Of a DNA stretch of 64,000 nucleotides, positions 12,753 through 24,534 are shown one piece after another. Under the pieces are notes generated by a model. The model saw nothing but the letters and a program-made list of their open reading frames with translations. It was not told the origin of the DNA and searched no databases. Source of the DNA: Oikopleura dioica (Eukaryota; Animalia; Chordata); NCBI GenBank assembly GCA_907165135.1, contig OU015568.1, forward strand, positions 7,626,001 to 7,690,000, given 5' to 3'. The position numbers and the translations under genes were made by a program. Within the stretch, counting starts at the first letter, position 1. Every line of letters starts with the position of its first letter.

Positions 12753-13298
12753 GATATTTATATAATTTAGAATTAGGTTAATTGGCTTATCCCTATTTTT
12801 ATAGTTAAAGTTTTAAACTTATTTTATTAGAACATCTCCTCAAAAGCCTTTTTCTTAAAGTGCATCTTTTGAAGGCGGCACGCTTCAGTTTGCGATTGTT
12901 TCCTGATAATGTGCCAAATAATACTGCATAATTTATACATAGTTCAATCATGAATTATTATAATTTAGCACTTTCCTAGAACATTCTTAATTTTTTGAAT
13001 GCGGCCTCTCGCTCCCTCTTGAATACATTTTCCAATCCCTCGTTCAGCATGTCGCATAAAATATCAGTCTCGTAGCGGCCCTTTCCGGTATCTTCGAACT
13101 CGTTATCCATTTCTTAATTACAAAAAAATGAAATTTAGATTTTCAAGACAGTGGAACGTCTAAATTCTCTATGCTACACTGCATTTGCAAAGAAAAATAA
13201 AGCTCTATTGATCGTTGAGACTCGATCTAGAAGGTTTTATGGAAAATCTAGAAAAATTTTTTAGAAACATAGCTTACCGGTAAATCACCGACCAACAG

Positions 13299-13372
13299 GT
13301 CTCTATGGCGCAATTGGTTAGCGCGTTCGACTGTTAATCGAGAGGTTGCTGGTTCGATCCCAGCTAGGGACG
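13299..13372 (+). tRNA. tRNA-Asn (GTT)
   Basis: GTCTCTATGGCGCAATTGGTTAGCGCGTTCGACTGTTAATCGAGAGGTTGCTGGTTCGATCCCAGCTAGGGACG: typical eukaryotic tRNA-Asn with A and B boxes and a downstream TTTT terminator. Confidence 0.95.
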
Positions 13373-13935
13373 CTTCTTTTGATTGTAATTACGTTTACGT
13401 TTGCATAGATCAACTGTCTGTCTTTGTTTTGACTCCAAACACGTTCCTCAAGGCTATTCTCCTCCTCCAGCAACTAAAAACCTATTGAAAAAGGGTTTTT
13501 CTGGCGTATATCAGCTATCGAAGTCCTCTTCATTGATTGCCGAAGGTTTCCAAGAGCGAGGCAATGATGCAATTCTTGAGAAAGTGAGCAAGAGTTCATG
13601 GAATGCTTTGAGAAAAGATAACCCCACTAATCCGATCAATTAGCCCAACCCTCCAACTAAAGCGTTACTGTATGTTTATGCTTGAAATCCACTCTACCAC
13701 TGTGAAACTTCATTAATAAAGCGCATATCTTGAAGGCGATGTCGCAATGGTGAAAACAAAATCGCCGTGAAACCAAAAATTGCATCGGCCAGTTCAGAAC
13801 AGCGTTTTTCTATTCACGCTTTTAATTTTTTGTTTAGCGGAGACCAGAATGAGGTTAATTTGAACTTTTAAAAACCAAAATGGCGAACTAAAAAGTGCAG
13901 AATCGGCGTTCAGTGATTTCAATTTCCATTTATAG

Positions 13936-14117
13936 CTGGGCTCGCCAGCCTGTGTAGAAAACCTGAGTCAGGAATCGCCAGGATTTGATTATTCATTCGA
14001 ATAGTAAATTTGCGAAGCCGCTTTGCGGCTTCGTTTTTAAAATAGCCGCACTTCGGCTGTTCGATTGAGTTATCTCTGAACCTGACTCAGGTTTTCTACA
14101 CAGGTTGCCGAGCCCGG
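13936..14117. mobile_element. CTGGG-family MITE
   Basis: ctgggctcgccagcctgtgtagaaaacctgagtcagg ... cctgactcaggttttctacacaggttgccgagcccgg. Confidence 0.9.
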
Positions 14118-14619
14118 ATAACCTTGCTTGAACTCTGCTCGAGAAAAACGTGTCTGACTGGAAAAGCCTCGCTCTGCAAAAACACAGATTCCTGGGCAAA
14201 GCCAGCTTTAATTCGAGGTGGTTTTCTGCCCATGGTCACGGTCATTTCCACAGGCGTGGCTAACCTGTTGGTTGCGCGATATTGCGTCGGCGATACCACT
14301 TTCTTTCAACTCGGGGCCATGAACTATGGCGGTGCTGAGTCAATTCCACGTTTTCTGCTCTTGGACAAATCTGGAAGGCAGTTGTCTCATCAGCGAAATT
14401 CTTAATCAACCTTATCTGATTCGGTTTTACCACGGCATCGATAATATACTGATTGGCTGAAAATCTTGTGGTCACGAAAATCGCTCACTAGCGCCCATTT
14501 CTTCCGACAAGCTGTCCGGCGATCAAGCTGCTTTCAGACTATCAGTAAAAATACTGCCTAGAAAAACGCCTGTATAAAGATTTCTGCGTTTTCCGCACGA
14601 CTAGAGAAGTAAAGATTTG

Positions 14620-16018
14620 ATGAAACATGGCATCAGGGCTAGTAGTCACGAGGAGAAAATCGGCTTTGAGCTGCCAGGATTGGGTCAATTTTATCGTAGA
14701 TTGAAATCAAGGAAGACTTTTTTATGAATTCGAAATGAACCAATTGAAAGATAACCAAATCTACCGCCAATTCGAGAAATACTACCAACCAGTAAGACAG
14801 CGCCGACTCAAGCGCTGGAATGCTCTTCTCAAAATTCATACAGTCTCTCCAGATGAAAAATCTCCAAAGCTAAAAAGATTCGTCAGAAAAGGTAAAAACC
14901 ACTCAAGAGAATATAAATATTTCATTTCCTACAAACAGGTGTGCCCCACAAATATCGCGCTAAAGTTTGGATGCAGTTGACAAATGCCCAGAGTCGTATG
15001 GAGAATTCACTCGGCCTCTACCAAGATCTACTCACGCGGGTGGACAAAGATTTCAAAACCCTCGAGCAGATCGAGCTCGACATTCATCGAACCTTCCCTG
15101 ACAATAAGTTTTTCAAAGACGGCAAGGAAGATAGGAAGAAACTTTATAATGTTCTCGTGGCCTTTGCAGGTAGAGCCAATTCCGAAGCCCAAAAACTCAG
15201 TGTTTCAGAATACAACAAAGAAATTGGCTATTGCCAAGGAATGAACTACATCGCCGGCCTGATCGTTCTGGTCGTCAGAGAGGAAGAAAAGGCATTCTGG
15301 CTTCTTGTTTGTCTAATTGAAGTAAAGTATATATTGCCCTACGCTATTTGGACGTCTAACTTTCCCTTAGGAAATTCTCCCCGAAGATTATTTCTGCCAG
15401 AAACTGACGGGGATTACTCGAGACTGTTCTGTTCTTGGAGATCTCGTGAAAGACAGAATATTAGGAACTGGCGATGGTCATGATGATCAGTGGGATCTCG
15501 TCACGGCCAAGTGGTTCATTTGCTTGTATATTGATGTTTTGCCGATACAGGTACTAACGGATCGGGAAAATAATGTTTGCAATCTTAATCAAGACGACGC
15601 TGAGAATCTGGGATTGTCTGTTATTTGAAGGCGATACAGTTTTGTTCCGCGTTGGAATCACTCTCTTCAATCTACGAGCAAATCAACTAGCGAAGGCATC
15701 TTCAATCGTAGACGTCATTGATGGTCTTGGTAATTTCGCGATAGAGAAACAAGTAGTCAACTGCCACCATTTCATGAATGTAAGTACTGCTTCATCAGTC
15801 GAGGAAATAATTGAACATTCACAGCTTCTGTTCGAAGACAAAAACGCCAAAGTCTCAAGAGAAATCATTGAAGACATCCGAGACGACCATCGCCCTATTC
15901 AACGAAACAAACCAAAACGTAAGAAAATCCTTCGGAAAGATCACTTCATCAACCAAATTTAGGCATGAAAACTATGCTGATACACCAGTGCACCCAGCGA
16001 CTTGCAATGTCTTCTTAA
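14620..16018 (+). CDS. GRTP1: Growth hormone-regulated TBC protein 1-like Rab-GAP (TBC1D6)
   Basis: KRFVRK/GVPHKYRAKVW, IELDIHRTFPDN, GYCQGMNYIAG, KWFICLYIDVLP, TTLRIWDCLLFEG. Both ends approximate. Confidence 0.85.
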
Positions 16019-16084
16019 AAAATCCACGTGATTCGATATCTTTTCAGCTTTATTTTTTCTTTTCTAAATACAGTTTCAAACATT

Positions 16085-17447
16085 TCAATCTTGTTGACTT
16101 CTTGAGTTGTTTCGGATTTCGTAGCCACGGGTACTCTCAGCAGAAGGGATCACGAATTCTGTGACATGTTTCAAAAGCGGCGCAGCATATCTTCAAAGAG
16201 GATTATGGAAGGTATGTCTGATTGTTTACCTGGCAGTATTGACATTATTCTGAATGATGAATTTTTGTCTGTTGATAGCTCGCTCATTTTCTCGTGGAAA
16301 TTTTTCATCTTCTTCAAGCAAAGTTCCGAATTTATGGAGCTGAGATGACCACAAGATCATATTCGTCCCCAGAGTATCTAAAAAGCTAAAAAACGAGGCG
16401 AGAAAAAGCGCTACCAAAAAGTTTTCCGATATTATAGTCTCCAACATCAGGCTCGAATTCAGGAGAGTTGTAGTAATTTCTTGCTCTTGGATCACTTTCT
16501 CGCTGTGCGGTTTGAATTGATTCGGTCATATTTCTGAGGAAGATCTCTGTATCTCTGATCTTTCCATCTAACTCTCGGGTTTCCATTTCGATATCTTATC
16601 GATATTTTAGAGAAGAAATATTACAGCAATGATGGACAAATATTTGAGAACCCGAGGATAAAGCACCAAATAACGCCCTCGTTTGCAAATTGTCAGCTGC
16701 TTCTTGCTGGTTTTGTTCTGCTCCCTCGAATCTTTGAACAAGATGAAGAATCTGCCCGTATTTGAGTCCAGCAATAGTCCGCAGCTCCCTTGTGTCGTCG
16801 AAAAGAACTTGTCCTCTGAAGATTAGTCGTTGGTTTCTTGCCTCTATCTTTTGATGCCCTTTGTGGACAAGTTGGCGTTCGATTTTCGTCTTGAGCTGGA
16901 AAATTGTATGACTTCCGTTGATGAAGATTTTCAAGCAACTCTCGTCGACGAGCATTATTTTCAACATCGCGTCGAATTTATGAATATTCACTGAATAAAG
17001 CGTTATAATTTTTTTCAAATCAAGTAATGAATTTTTACGTTGATTTTTGACTTCTAATGGCTGGTATGTTTGTTCCATGAAGATTCGCCCCTTTTTGATT
17101 CGATTTTTCAGTTCTTCTGTGAACCACACTCCTGGAATAAACCCAGGCGATATCAGAACTGGCTTGCAGGTTATGAAACCAAGAGTAACTTCGATTTGAT
17201 TGTCAGTTGTCTGCGTGTCGAGAAGAAACTCCATTTTGCTTTCCTTCTTTTTGATGATCAGCTCAAAGTCATTTTTTCTGTAAACAAGGTCAAATGCTGC
17301 GTCGAAGCCTTTGAAACCCGCTGAGGCTGGAATAGTCCAGGAGTTTTGCGAGACTCCATTGTTTTCGACGGTTATTTTAAAAGTGACAACTTGTGTTACT
17401 CCTTCGATCCCGTTTTCGTAGCGCAAATCGCTAATAATGGCACCCAT
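16085..17447 (-). CDS. Ubiquitin-like-domain protein with BAG6-like helical region
   Basis: UBL ...TIFQLKTKIE...NQRLIFRGQVLFDDTRELRTIAGLKYGQILHLVQR, followed by spliced helical exons (...QKFIIQNNVNTARYAAPLLKHVTEF...). Confidence 0.6.
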
Positions 17448-17873
17448 TTTTTAGAAAATTCTCTTTCGAATGAAAATTGAGCTACTATTGATTAGTTACG
17501 TTTCCTTCTATCGATTTTATGGTCTGCTAGTCGGTATGAATACGATAACATTGTTGCCTAAAAGACTTTCAGTGAAAGTGAAAACTACTGGACCTAAGCA
17601 CTGAGCATGAATAAAGCGCATGCAAGCTGATATTTGGTTTCACCTCCGTTGCTATCTTAAAATTTTATCCGAAATCTCAGATTTCAAATCTGAAGCATTG
17701 CCGAGAGAAGCTTTTCCTCGCGTTGTTATTTTAAGATGATTTTCTACCTTGACACAGGCTTCAGCAGGTGTTGGTGGACGATGTGTCATTTTAGAGCTTT
17801 TTGGAAATAACGATGCCATTATTTTAAAGCTATTGCCTTTGACTCTTTTAAGATAACCGGTTCGGAAGAGAAA

Positions 17874-18815
17874 ATGCCAAGTTGGTTCGATAATTGGTGG
17901 CTAGATAAAGCTGCGAAAGGCACAGCCGCTGCTGTGGGTGGAATGGTCGCTGCCCCAGTCGCCATCTGGGCTCGGCAAACTGTGTCAGGAACAGACACAG
18001 GAACAGGAAAAAAAATTTCTGTCCCATATTTTACACAGGTACACAGGTCAGGAAGCAAAAATACCCTGATTTTAGACAGGTACTCAGACAGGTTTTTTTA
18101 CACAGCTTATCAAACAGGTTACACAGGTCAGGGCCTGCCTGAACAGGTCTGAGCAGGTCAGAAAACAGGAAACAGGCCCTGTAAAAGGACAAAAAACAGG
18201 ATCTTTCTGAGAAAAAAATATTACAAAGAAACAAAAAGACGCGAATTTATCGGTTATTTTGATTGTTGAACTCTTTTTTGCGTCTTTCGCTATTGATTTC
18301 TTTGAACATTTTCCCTGACTTATGCGGTTCCTGACCTGGTTACACAGAAACCTGTCTACGGTCAGGACCTGAGCGGGAAACACAGGCCTGTTTCAGACAG
18401 AAACAGGAACAGGGACAGCTAAAGTAAATTTTTTCCCCAATTTTACACAGGTACACAGGACAGGCCCAAATTATAACCCGATTTTACACAGGTACTCAGA
18501 CAGGTTCCCCAAAAACAGGAAACATGACCTGTGACAGGTTTTTACACAGCTCAGTTTGCCGAGCCCAGGTCGCCATGGGAGCCGTTGGGTTCACTGCTGC
18601 TGGCGTCACGGCAGGTAGCATCGCCGCTGGAATCCAGTCGGGCATTGGATGCGTTGCAGCGGGATCCACTTGTAAGCAAGACAAACAGTTCACCAATATT
18701 TTTTTCAGTCGCTGCTGCGCAATCTGCAGCCGCAACTGGCGCAGTTGCAACCTACGGCGCGGTCGTCGGTGGAACTTCCTATGGAATCTCCAACTTGTGG
18801 GGTTTTTGGAAATAA
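17874..18815 (+). CDS. IFI27/ISG12 (Ifi-6-16 family) paralogue A, three exons
   Basis: MPSWFDNWWLDKAAKGTAAAVGGMVAAP/VAMGAVGFTAAGVTAGSIAAGIQSGIGCVAAGST/FAAAQSAAATG...; the GFTxxGxxAGSxAA motif is typical of the family. Confidence 0.85.
17966..18568. mobile_element. 603-bp ACAGG-rich non-autonomous element with CTGGGCTCGGCAAACTG TIRs, forming intron 17958-18568
   Basis: TIR ctgggctcggcaaactg ... cagtttgccgagcccag. Perfect TSD GTCGCCAT at 17958-17965 and 18569-18576. Confidence 0.95.
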
Positions 18816-19035
18816 ATTTCCCTTGTTTAAATTTTAAACTAATAAAAGTCGTCAAATGAAAGCTATTCTGATGTAAATTTCTGAGTATTCTCTCAAGAAT
18901 TTCAATTATTGCTCGGGTGCCTATTCAATTGGCTGATGTAAAAGGCGCGCCCCGTGAAAATGCATTCGTGCTCACTGATTCTCGAGCGAGATCTCATTTT
19001 TTATTTGCATTGGCAACTCACTCGCAAAAGAGAAA

Positions 19036-19406
19036 ATGAAATTTTCGGACAACTGGTACGCCGATAAAGCCGCAAAAGGCTCACTTGCTGTTGTCGGTGG
19101 AATGGTTGCTGCTCCAGTCGTCATGGCAGGAATCGGTTTCACTGCCGGCGGTGTCGCGGCTGGCAGTTTCGCCGCTGCAGTTCAATCCGGCATTGGATGC
19201 GTCGCAGCTGGGTCAGCATGTAAGCATTGGAAAAGAGAGAATACTTATAAGAAACATTGATTAAAGTCGCTGGTGCCCAGTCTGCAGCTGCAACCGGTGC
19301 AGTCGCAACTTATGGCGCAGTTGCCGGTGGCGTTGGCTACGTTAGTTCGCATCTCTTCCAGAGTTCCAAAACCGACAAAAAACCATGGCTATCCTGGTCG
19401 AAATAA
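19036..19406 (+). CDS. IFI27/ISG12 paralogue B, two exons
   Basis: MKFSDNWYADKAAKGSLAVVGGMVAAPVVMAGIGFTAGGVAAGSFAAAVQSGIGCVAAGSA/FAGAQSAAATG...; shares the second intron of paralogue A but has none at AAP-V. Confidence 0.85.
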
Positions 19407-19583
19407 CTCTTCACCTTCTGCTTGAAAATTTTTGACTTTGAAAATGATAAATTATCTTATTTTTTAACAAAAATGTTTCTAGAACATCGTCCAAAATTTA
19501 TGTTTTCGAGCATCAACTCTTCAGTTTACAAGGAGCTCGTCCAAGGGTAAGACAAAAACTTCAGAATAAGGGAATGATCAATT

Positions 19584-21605
19584 TTGATATTAGCGCAACG
19601 CAAGATGGTGTTCAAATGGACAACGAACAAGAAGATGTTCAAGATGGAAGATAAAATCAAGAATATCGTCGAGCATGCGACCAAGGAACGACATCTTCGA
19701 CGGCAGCGAAAAGTTTCTGACGTAAGTTCACTCATTCTGTTCCCAAAGCAAACTTTTCTGTTCAGCAATATTCCGAGTCTGAGGATGAGGAAGAAGCTAA
19801 CTACCAGGAGCTTATCAAGTCAGCTTATGCGATCAAGAAGGAAGCCAAGAATCGATCCTTCGCGGACGTTTATTACAATATCGCGAGCAACAGCCTCGAG
19901 AAGGAAAAATCCCGCCTCTACAAGGAATTCGAGGAGCTCCAGACAACGGCTAATCTCTTGAACTCCAAATCGGTAAATTCTACTTTCAAAATCAACAAGA
20001 AATAGACCGATTTTGTAGCATCGTAAAGCTGACTTGCGAAATATTGAAAAGCTCCGGGAACTCGTCCGAGGACAGGACACTGTTGACGAACAAATTGAAA
20101 ATGAAAAGCAAAGGTAAACAAGAATCCGTTCTAGAGACGGATTGGCAATAATTATTTCAGAATTCGCGCTGTCGAAGATGAACTGGACCGTGTTGAAAAA
20201 GCCACGACCCAAAAGCGCAAGGAGATTGGCGGAATCAACAACTCTCATATCAAGCAGCAGCAGACGACGCATTCCATCAAGTGCCTCGAAGATCGACTCC
20301 ACAAGACTACCGTGGAGTACAACGAGCTTACCGCCGAGAACAACCGGCTTCGAGAGGGTATTGATCACTTGCGAAAGGAGCGAAAGAAGTTCAATACCCA
20401 GTACAAACGATACAAGTCCCAGCTCAACTCTGCTAAGGTAAAATTTTAATTCTGAAAAAAGTGGCTTCAAATTTTCTTCAGAATGAGCAGCGAAGCTTGA
20501 CTGAGAAGTCGATGATCGCTTTCGATCAAACGGACGATGCCAACTCCAAAATGGCAGCCGTCAGCGAGCGTGAGTCCAAGAACAACGCTCAAAACATGAA
20601 CGAGTTGCGAGAGCTTCTCCGACACATCGACCACGACACTTCTGTGAAAGATTTCCTCGTCACCAAGTCGAAGGACCGATCTGCCCAGGCTGAGGCGCTT
20701 GCGCAGAGCCGCCGAGCCGCTGCGCAGAACAAGTTTGAAGCTTCCGCGGAGAAGACGCTGAACGAATATCAGAATGCGATCAAGGAGGTTCAAGAGCTCA
20801 CCGGAGCTAATTCCTTCGAGGGCATCGTCGAGCATTACTTGAAGATGGAGGAGGCCAACTACGCCAAATTCAACTGTAAGTCCTACCTTATCTTTGTTGT
20901 TTCTCAATGTTATTTCTAGTCATCAACGAGATGACGAATCAGCTGCAAGAGACCGAGGACAAGATCAAGCTCATCAAGCAGGAAGTCGCCGCCCTTACCG
21001 CCGCTTCCGACCGATCTGTCGAAGAGTCTCAGCGACAACTGAACGCGCTCAAGCTCGACCGAGACGGAATCAAGGCGTCCATCGAGAACACGGCCAACGC
21101 TGCCGACGATTCTCAAAAGAAGTCTCCAAGATCAGCTCGACGATTTTGGATATTTTCAACTTCTTGGAATGCGACAAGAAGGAAATTGAGTCGCGACTTG
21201 GAAGCGACGCTGCTGGAGTTGATCCTCAGAGTCTGCTCATGTACATCTCTGGCATGGAAGCTAAGGTAAAAGTCTCCTGTTTTATCAAAAATTTAACAGT
21301 TTCAAAAGGTCACCGACATGATTGCTGATCACTTGTCTTTCAACGCGCTGACTGAAAGCCGCTCCGACGAGAGCCAAAAGTCCAACTCCGCGAAGAAGTC
21401 CACTTCTTCCAAGAGCGTCAAAGCGCCCCACGTCGTCGACCTGATCAAAACCGACGAGGTGGACGTCGACACCGAAGCCGTCATTCCAGTCATGAACATT
21501 CGACAACTCGCCGCTGTCAGCATCGTCGAAAAGGAGATCGAACGAGAGCGAGAACGACAAGCTCAACTGGCTTCAGAGAAGAACGCTACTCCGAAAATCA
21601 ATTAA
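19584..21605 (+). CDS. Outer dynein arm docking complex subunit (ODAD1/CCDC114-CCDC63 family)
   Basis: Coiled-coil exons ...LEDRLHKTTVEYNELTAENNRLREGIDHLRKER... and ...EEANYAKFN/FINEMTNQL.... 5' end approximate. Confidence 0.8.
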
Positions 21606-22407
21606 CATGCTTTCTGCACATATAACTCTTATATAATATCTAAGGCGGAAAGTCTAGATACGATTATTTTGATCATTTGTAAATAAAATTTTATTTTTCT
21701 TATTCTTGGTTCTTTGTTTTTCTTGCAGAATAAATTATTCTGAATAAGGATATAGAAATAGAGAAATAGCATAGCATATTTGCAATAAAGAAAAACAATG
21801 TCATAAAGCTGTAGAGCTAACTATGATAAAAGTTTCATTTCATGGATAAACAAAAATTGACCAGTCTTTTATATTGATAATTTAGCTGCACCAGTGGTGG
21901 CGCTATCAATGATTTCCAATCAAGAGTTTACAGTTGATTTCACGGAGTTTCAAGTCGATAAGAAATTCTGATAAGATTGCATCTCAACCTCGCATTTTCC
22001 ATCTATGAAAAAATTACACAGATAGAATGAGTTCATAAATTACGATAGCGGTTCATTGAATGTCTTCCAACTCAATATTTACGCGTTCTCATAAAATTTC
22101 AAGAGTCGCCACTTCTCCCTGTTGAGCGGGAGAATCATCACTGTTCAAACATGGACTCGTTTCTTTTTCTCCAAGTCGCAGCCGGGCCATCGCTATATGT
22201 GCACGTTTTGAAAAAGATCGACGATGCGCGCGCCCATTGTGATCGTCTACAAATATGAAAGATTGAGTTAATATTTAACCGTCTTATGCTGCGAGTGTGC
22301 ACTTGAGCTCCGTACTACGTGCTGAAGAGATTTTCTAGCTTGGATCTTTTTTCGTAAAAACGCGTTTATAAGTAAGAGAAAGAAGGAAAAGAGAGGAAGA
22401 TTTTGAG

Positions 22408-24351
22408 ATGGCGGGTTTCGGCACCGTAGAGAAGAATATGGTGGCAAGCTCAAAGTTTGCCACCTTGATGGGAAAATACTACGAAAGAATCTTTGTTGTC
22501 TTCAGATTGTTTCTAACACTTTCGATGGCAAAGGTAAATGAGTTGATACCAAAAACTGATATCAAGGAAGACTACCAGCTCAAATGTCTTCTGTAAACAA
22601 GTTTTCTTCGAGTTCAATTATGCTAGTAATTCCTAAACTGGACAGCCGCCTGTACAAATATTGGCCGTTTTCTGGCTCTATGTGAATTGATGAGTTGTCA
22701 AGTGTTGGTTAATATTCCTCCATGACGCCTGAAACTCATTTTCTTTAGCGATTTTTTCATTGTTCCAAATGCATTTTTGGTCAAGTCATTCATTCTTGAC
22801 AGACGTGAGAGACAGTCTCATGTCAGGAAGCGTTTAAAATTCTTTTTGAAGACGCGATATCTACGCAAAAGCAAATTTACATTGAATTTCACATGTATAT
22901 TTTTTACTAAACTTGATGTTGAACGGGCTTTGCTGAATGATTTTTTGTTTAGGGAAGCACGACGGATTCTGTTGGAGATATTGAATGCGATACAAATACG
23001 ATTGGATGTTCGGAAATGTGCCACAACTATTTTTTCCCATTTGCGCTTGCTCGATACTGGCAATTGCAAGTTTTCTGCGTTGGATTGCCTACGATTATGT
23101 TCATGGGTACATTAGCAGTGCCCTGAGCCTCCTCTAATCATAAATTCTAGCGTACAAGGCAAAGGTTGACATCAGCATCGCCGCATATTTGAAGGAACAA
23201 AAAGCACTGCGGGAGAAAAACGATGTCGAAGAGGATGAAATTGATAAACTTGAGCGAGAATTCGCAGAAGGCCACACGAAATTCAGAAGTCTTCAGGTAA
23301 GTCAATTATAAATCAGAGAATAAAGATGGTAGTCTAAAGATGAGTAAAACAATTTAGATCGGGAAATTCGCGGCAAGTATTTTTTCACGAATCAAAATGT
23401 TAACTCGCATGTTAGACTCCTCAGAACAAGTAGCCATATGTTTTCACGCATATAACATTTGTTTCTCGCTTTTATAAATATCAGCTGATATATTCACAAA
23501 ATATATTTAAGCTCAATAATTACTTCCCTAGTCATTTGTCATAAACTTGTTTTATAGTCTCATGTCCCCCCAAAACTCTTTCTCTGGTATTATTTCACCA
23601 CTTGGGCCCGAATGATCATCGACATCGTTTTCACCGTCTTCCAATACCGAATCTACGTCTTCAAATTTTTGATGCCAGCCAAGTTCTACTGCGAGGAGTA
23701 CCCCTGCCGAGGAGGATTGTCCGACATGGATGATGACATCTACACCACTTGCTTTATTGCTGACCATATTCAGCGGTCGATCTACATTAACATTCACTTT
23801 TTCTTTGTTTGCGTGACGATCTTGCTCTCACTCATGGACATTTACAGTATTGGAACTGAGCCTGTCCTTGAAGGTATGCCTTGAACTGAAGGACGACACT
23901 GGGAATGTCTCCAAATGTCGCCGAATGTCGCCAAATGTCGCTGAATGTCGCTGAATGTCGCCAAATGTCGCCGAATGTCGCCACTTCTTTTAGAAATACA
24001 AGCATTTCCAAAAATGAGTCGAGACATTCGGCGACATTACGCGACATTCAGCGACATTCAGCGACATTCAGCGACTTTCTCAAGGCGCCCCGAACTGGGA
24101 GATCTAAAGCATTACTGTATTTTTCAGCATGGTACAACCGAAGCTACAATCCTATCAAGAAAAACAAAGGGCCCGTCTTCTTCGATCCCTCTGGCAAAAA
24201 CGCCGACGGCTTTGTCGACATCCGAAACCTTCCCCGACAACCATCGACCCGAAACGCTGGTGGATTCGTCCAAAGCTCTGGAATCACTTACAGAACTTCC
24301 GTCATGCCGCGAACTCAAAGTGTCCTGCGCTCGAGAAGCAGAGCCTATTGA
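22408..24351 (+). CDS. Connexin (gap-junction protein), multi-exon
   Basis: N-terminus ...FATLMGKYYERIFVVFRLFL; E1 loop CDTNTIGCSEMC (C-x6-C-x3-C); RYWQLQVFCVGLPT; TM3-E2-TM4 ...FYCEEYPC...TTCFIADHIQRSIYINIHFFFVCVTILLSLMDIY. Confidence 0.85.
23890..24090. mobile_element. MITE with inverted arrays of a 10-bp ATGTCGCY(R)A unit, in a connexin intron
   Basis: gacactgggaatgtc + (atgtcgccga)n ... (gcgacattca)n. Same family as 44963-45096; ends degenerate. Confidence 0.75.
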
Positions 24352-24534
24352 AAATAAGAAATTTGCCTGCTGCATAGTTTATAGTTTAAAGACCTGTTTA
24401 CAAAATGAATAAAATAGAAATAAAAAAAACGAATAATAAGATATTATTTTATTGAGATAAAGAGCGGTGCTGAACGATCAGAAAGATAAAATTCATAGTC
24501 TAATTAGTGAACTCATAGTATTGGTTTTTGAGAA

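Noticed and set aside
14120-14625. Coding-looking segment with several ORFs on both strands
   Set aside because: No consistent spliced frame or recognisable family could be built.
17874-18855. ORFs such as 18031-18234, 18084-18383 and the ...KPESG... peptides recurring across the window
   Set aside because: Translations of MITE sequence, not genes.
23832-24075. 10-bp tandem repeats and the overlapping ORFs they generate; superficially CRISPR-like
   Set aside because: No unique spacers, eukaryotic context, and the repeats are the inverted arms of a MITE inside an intron.
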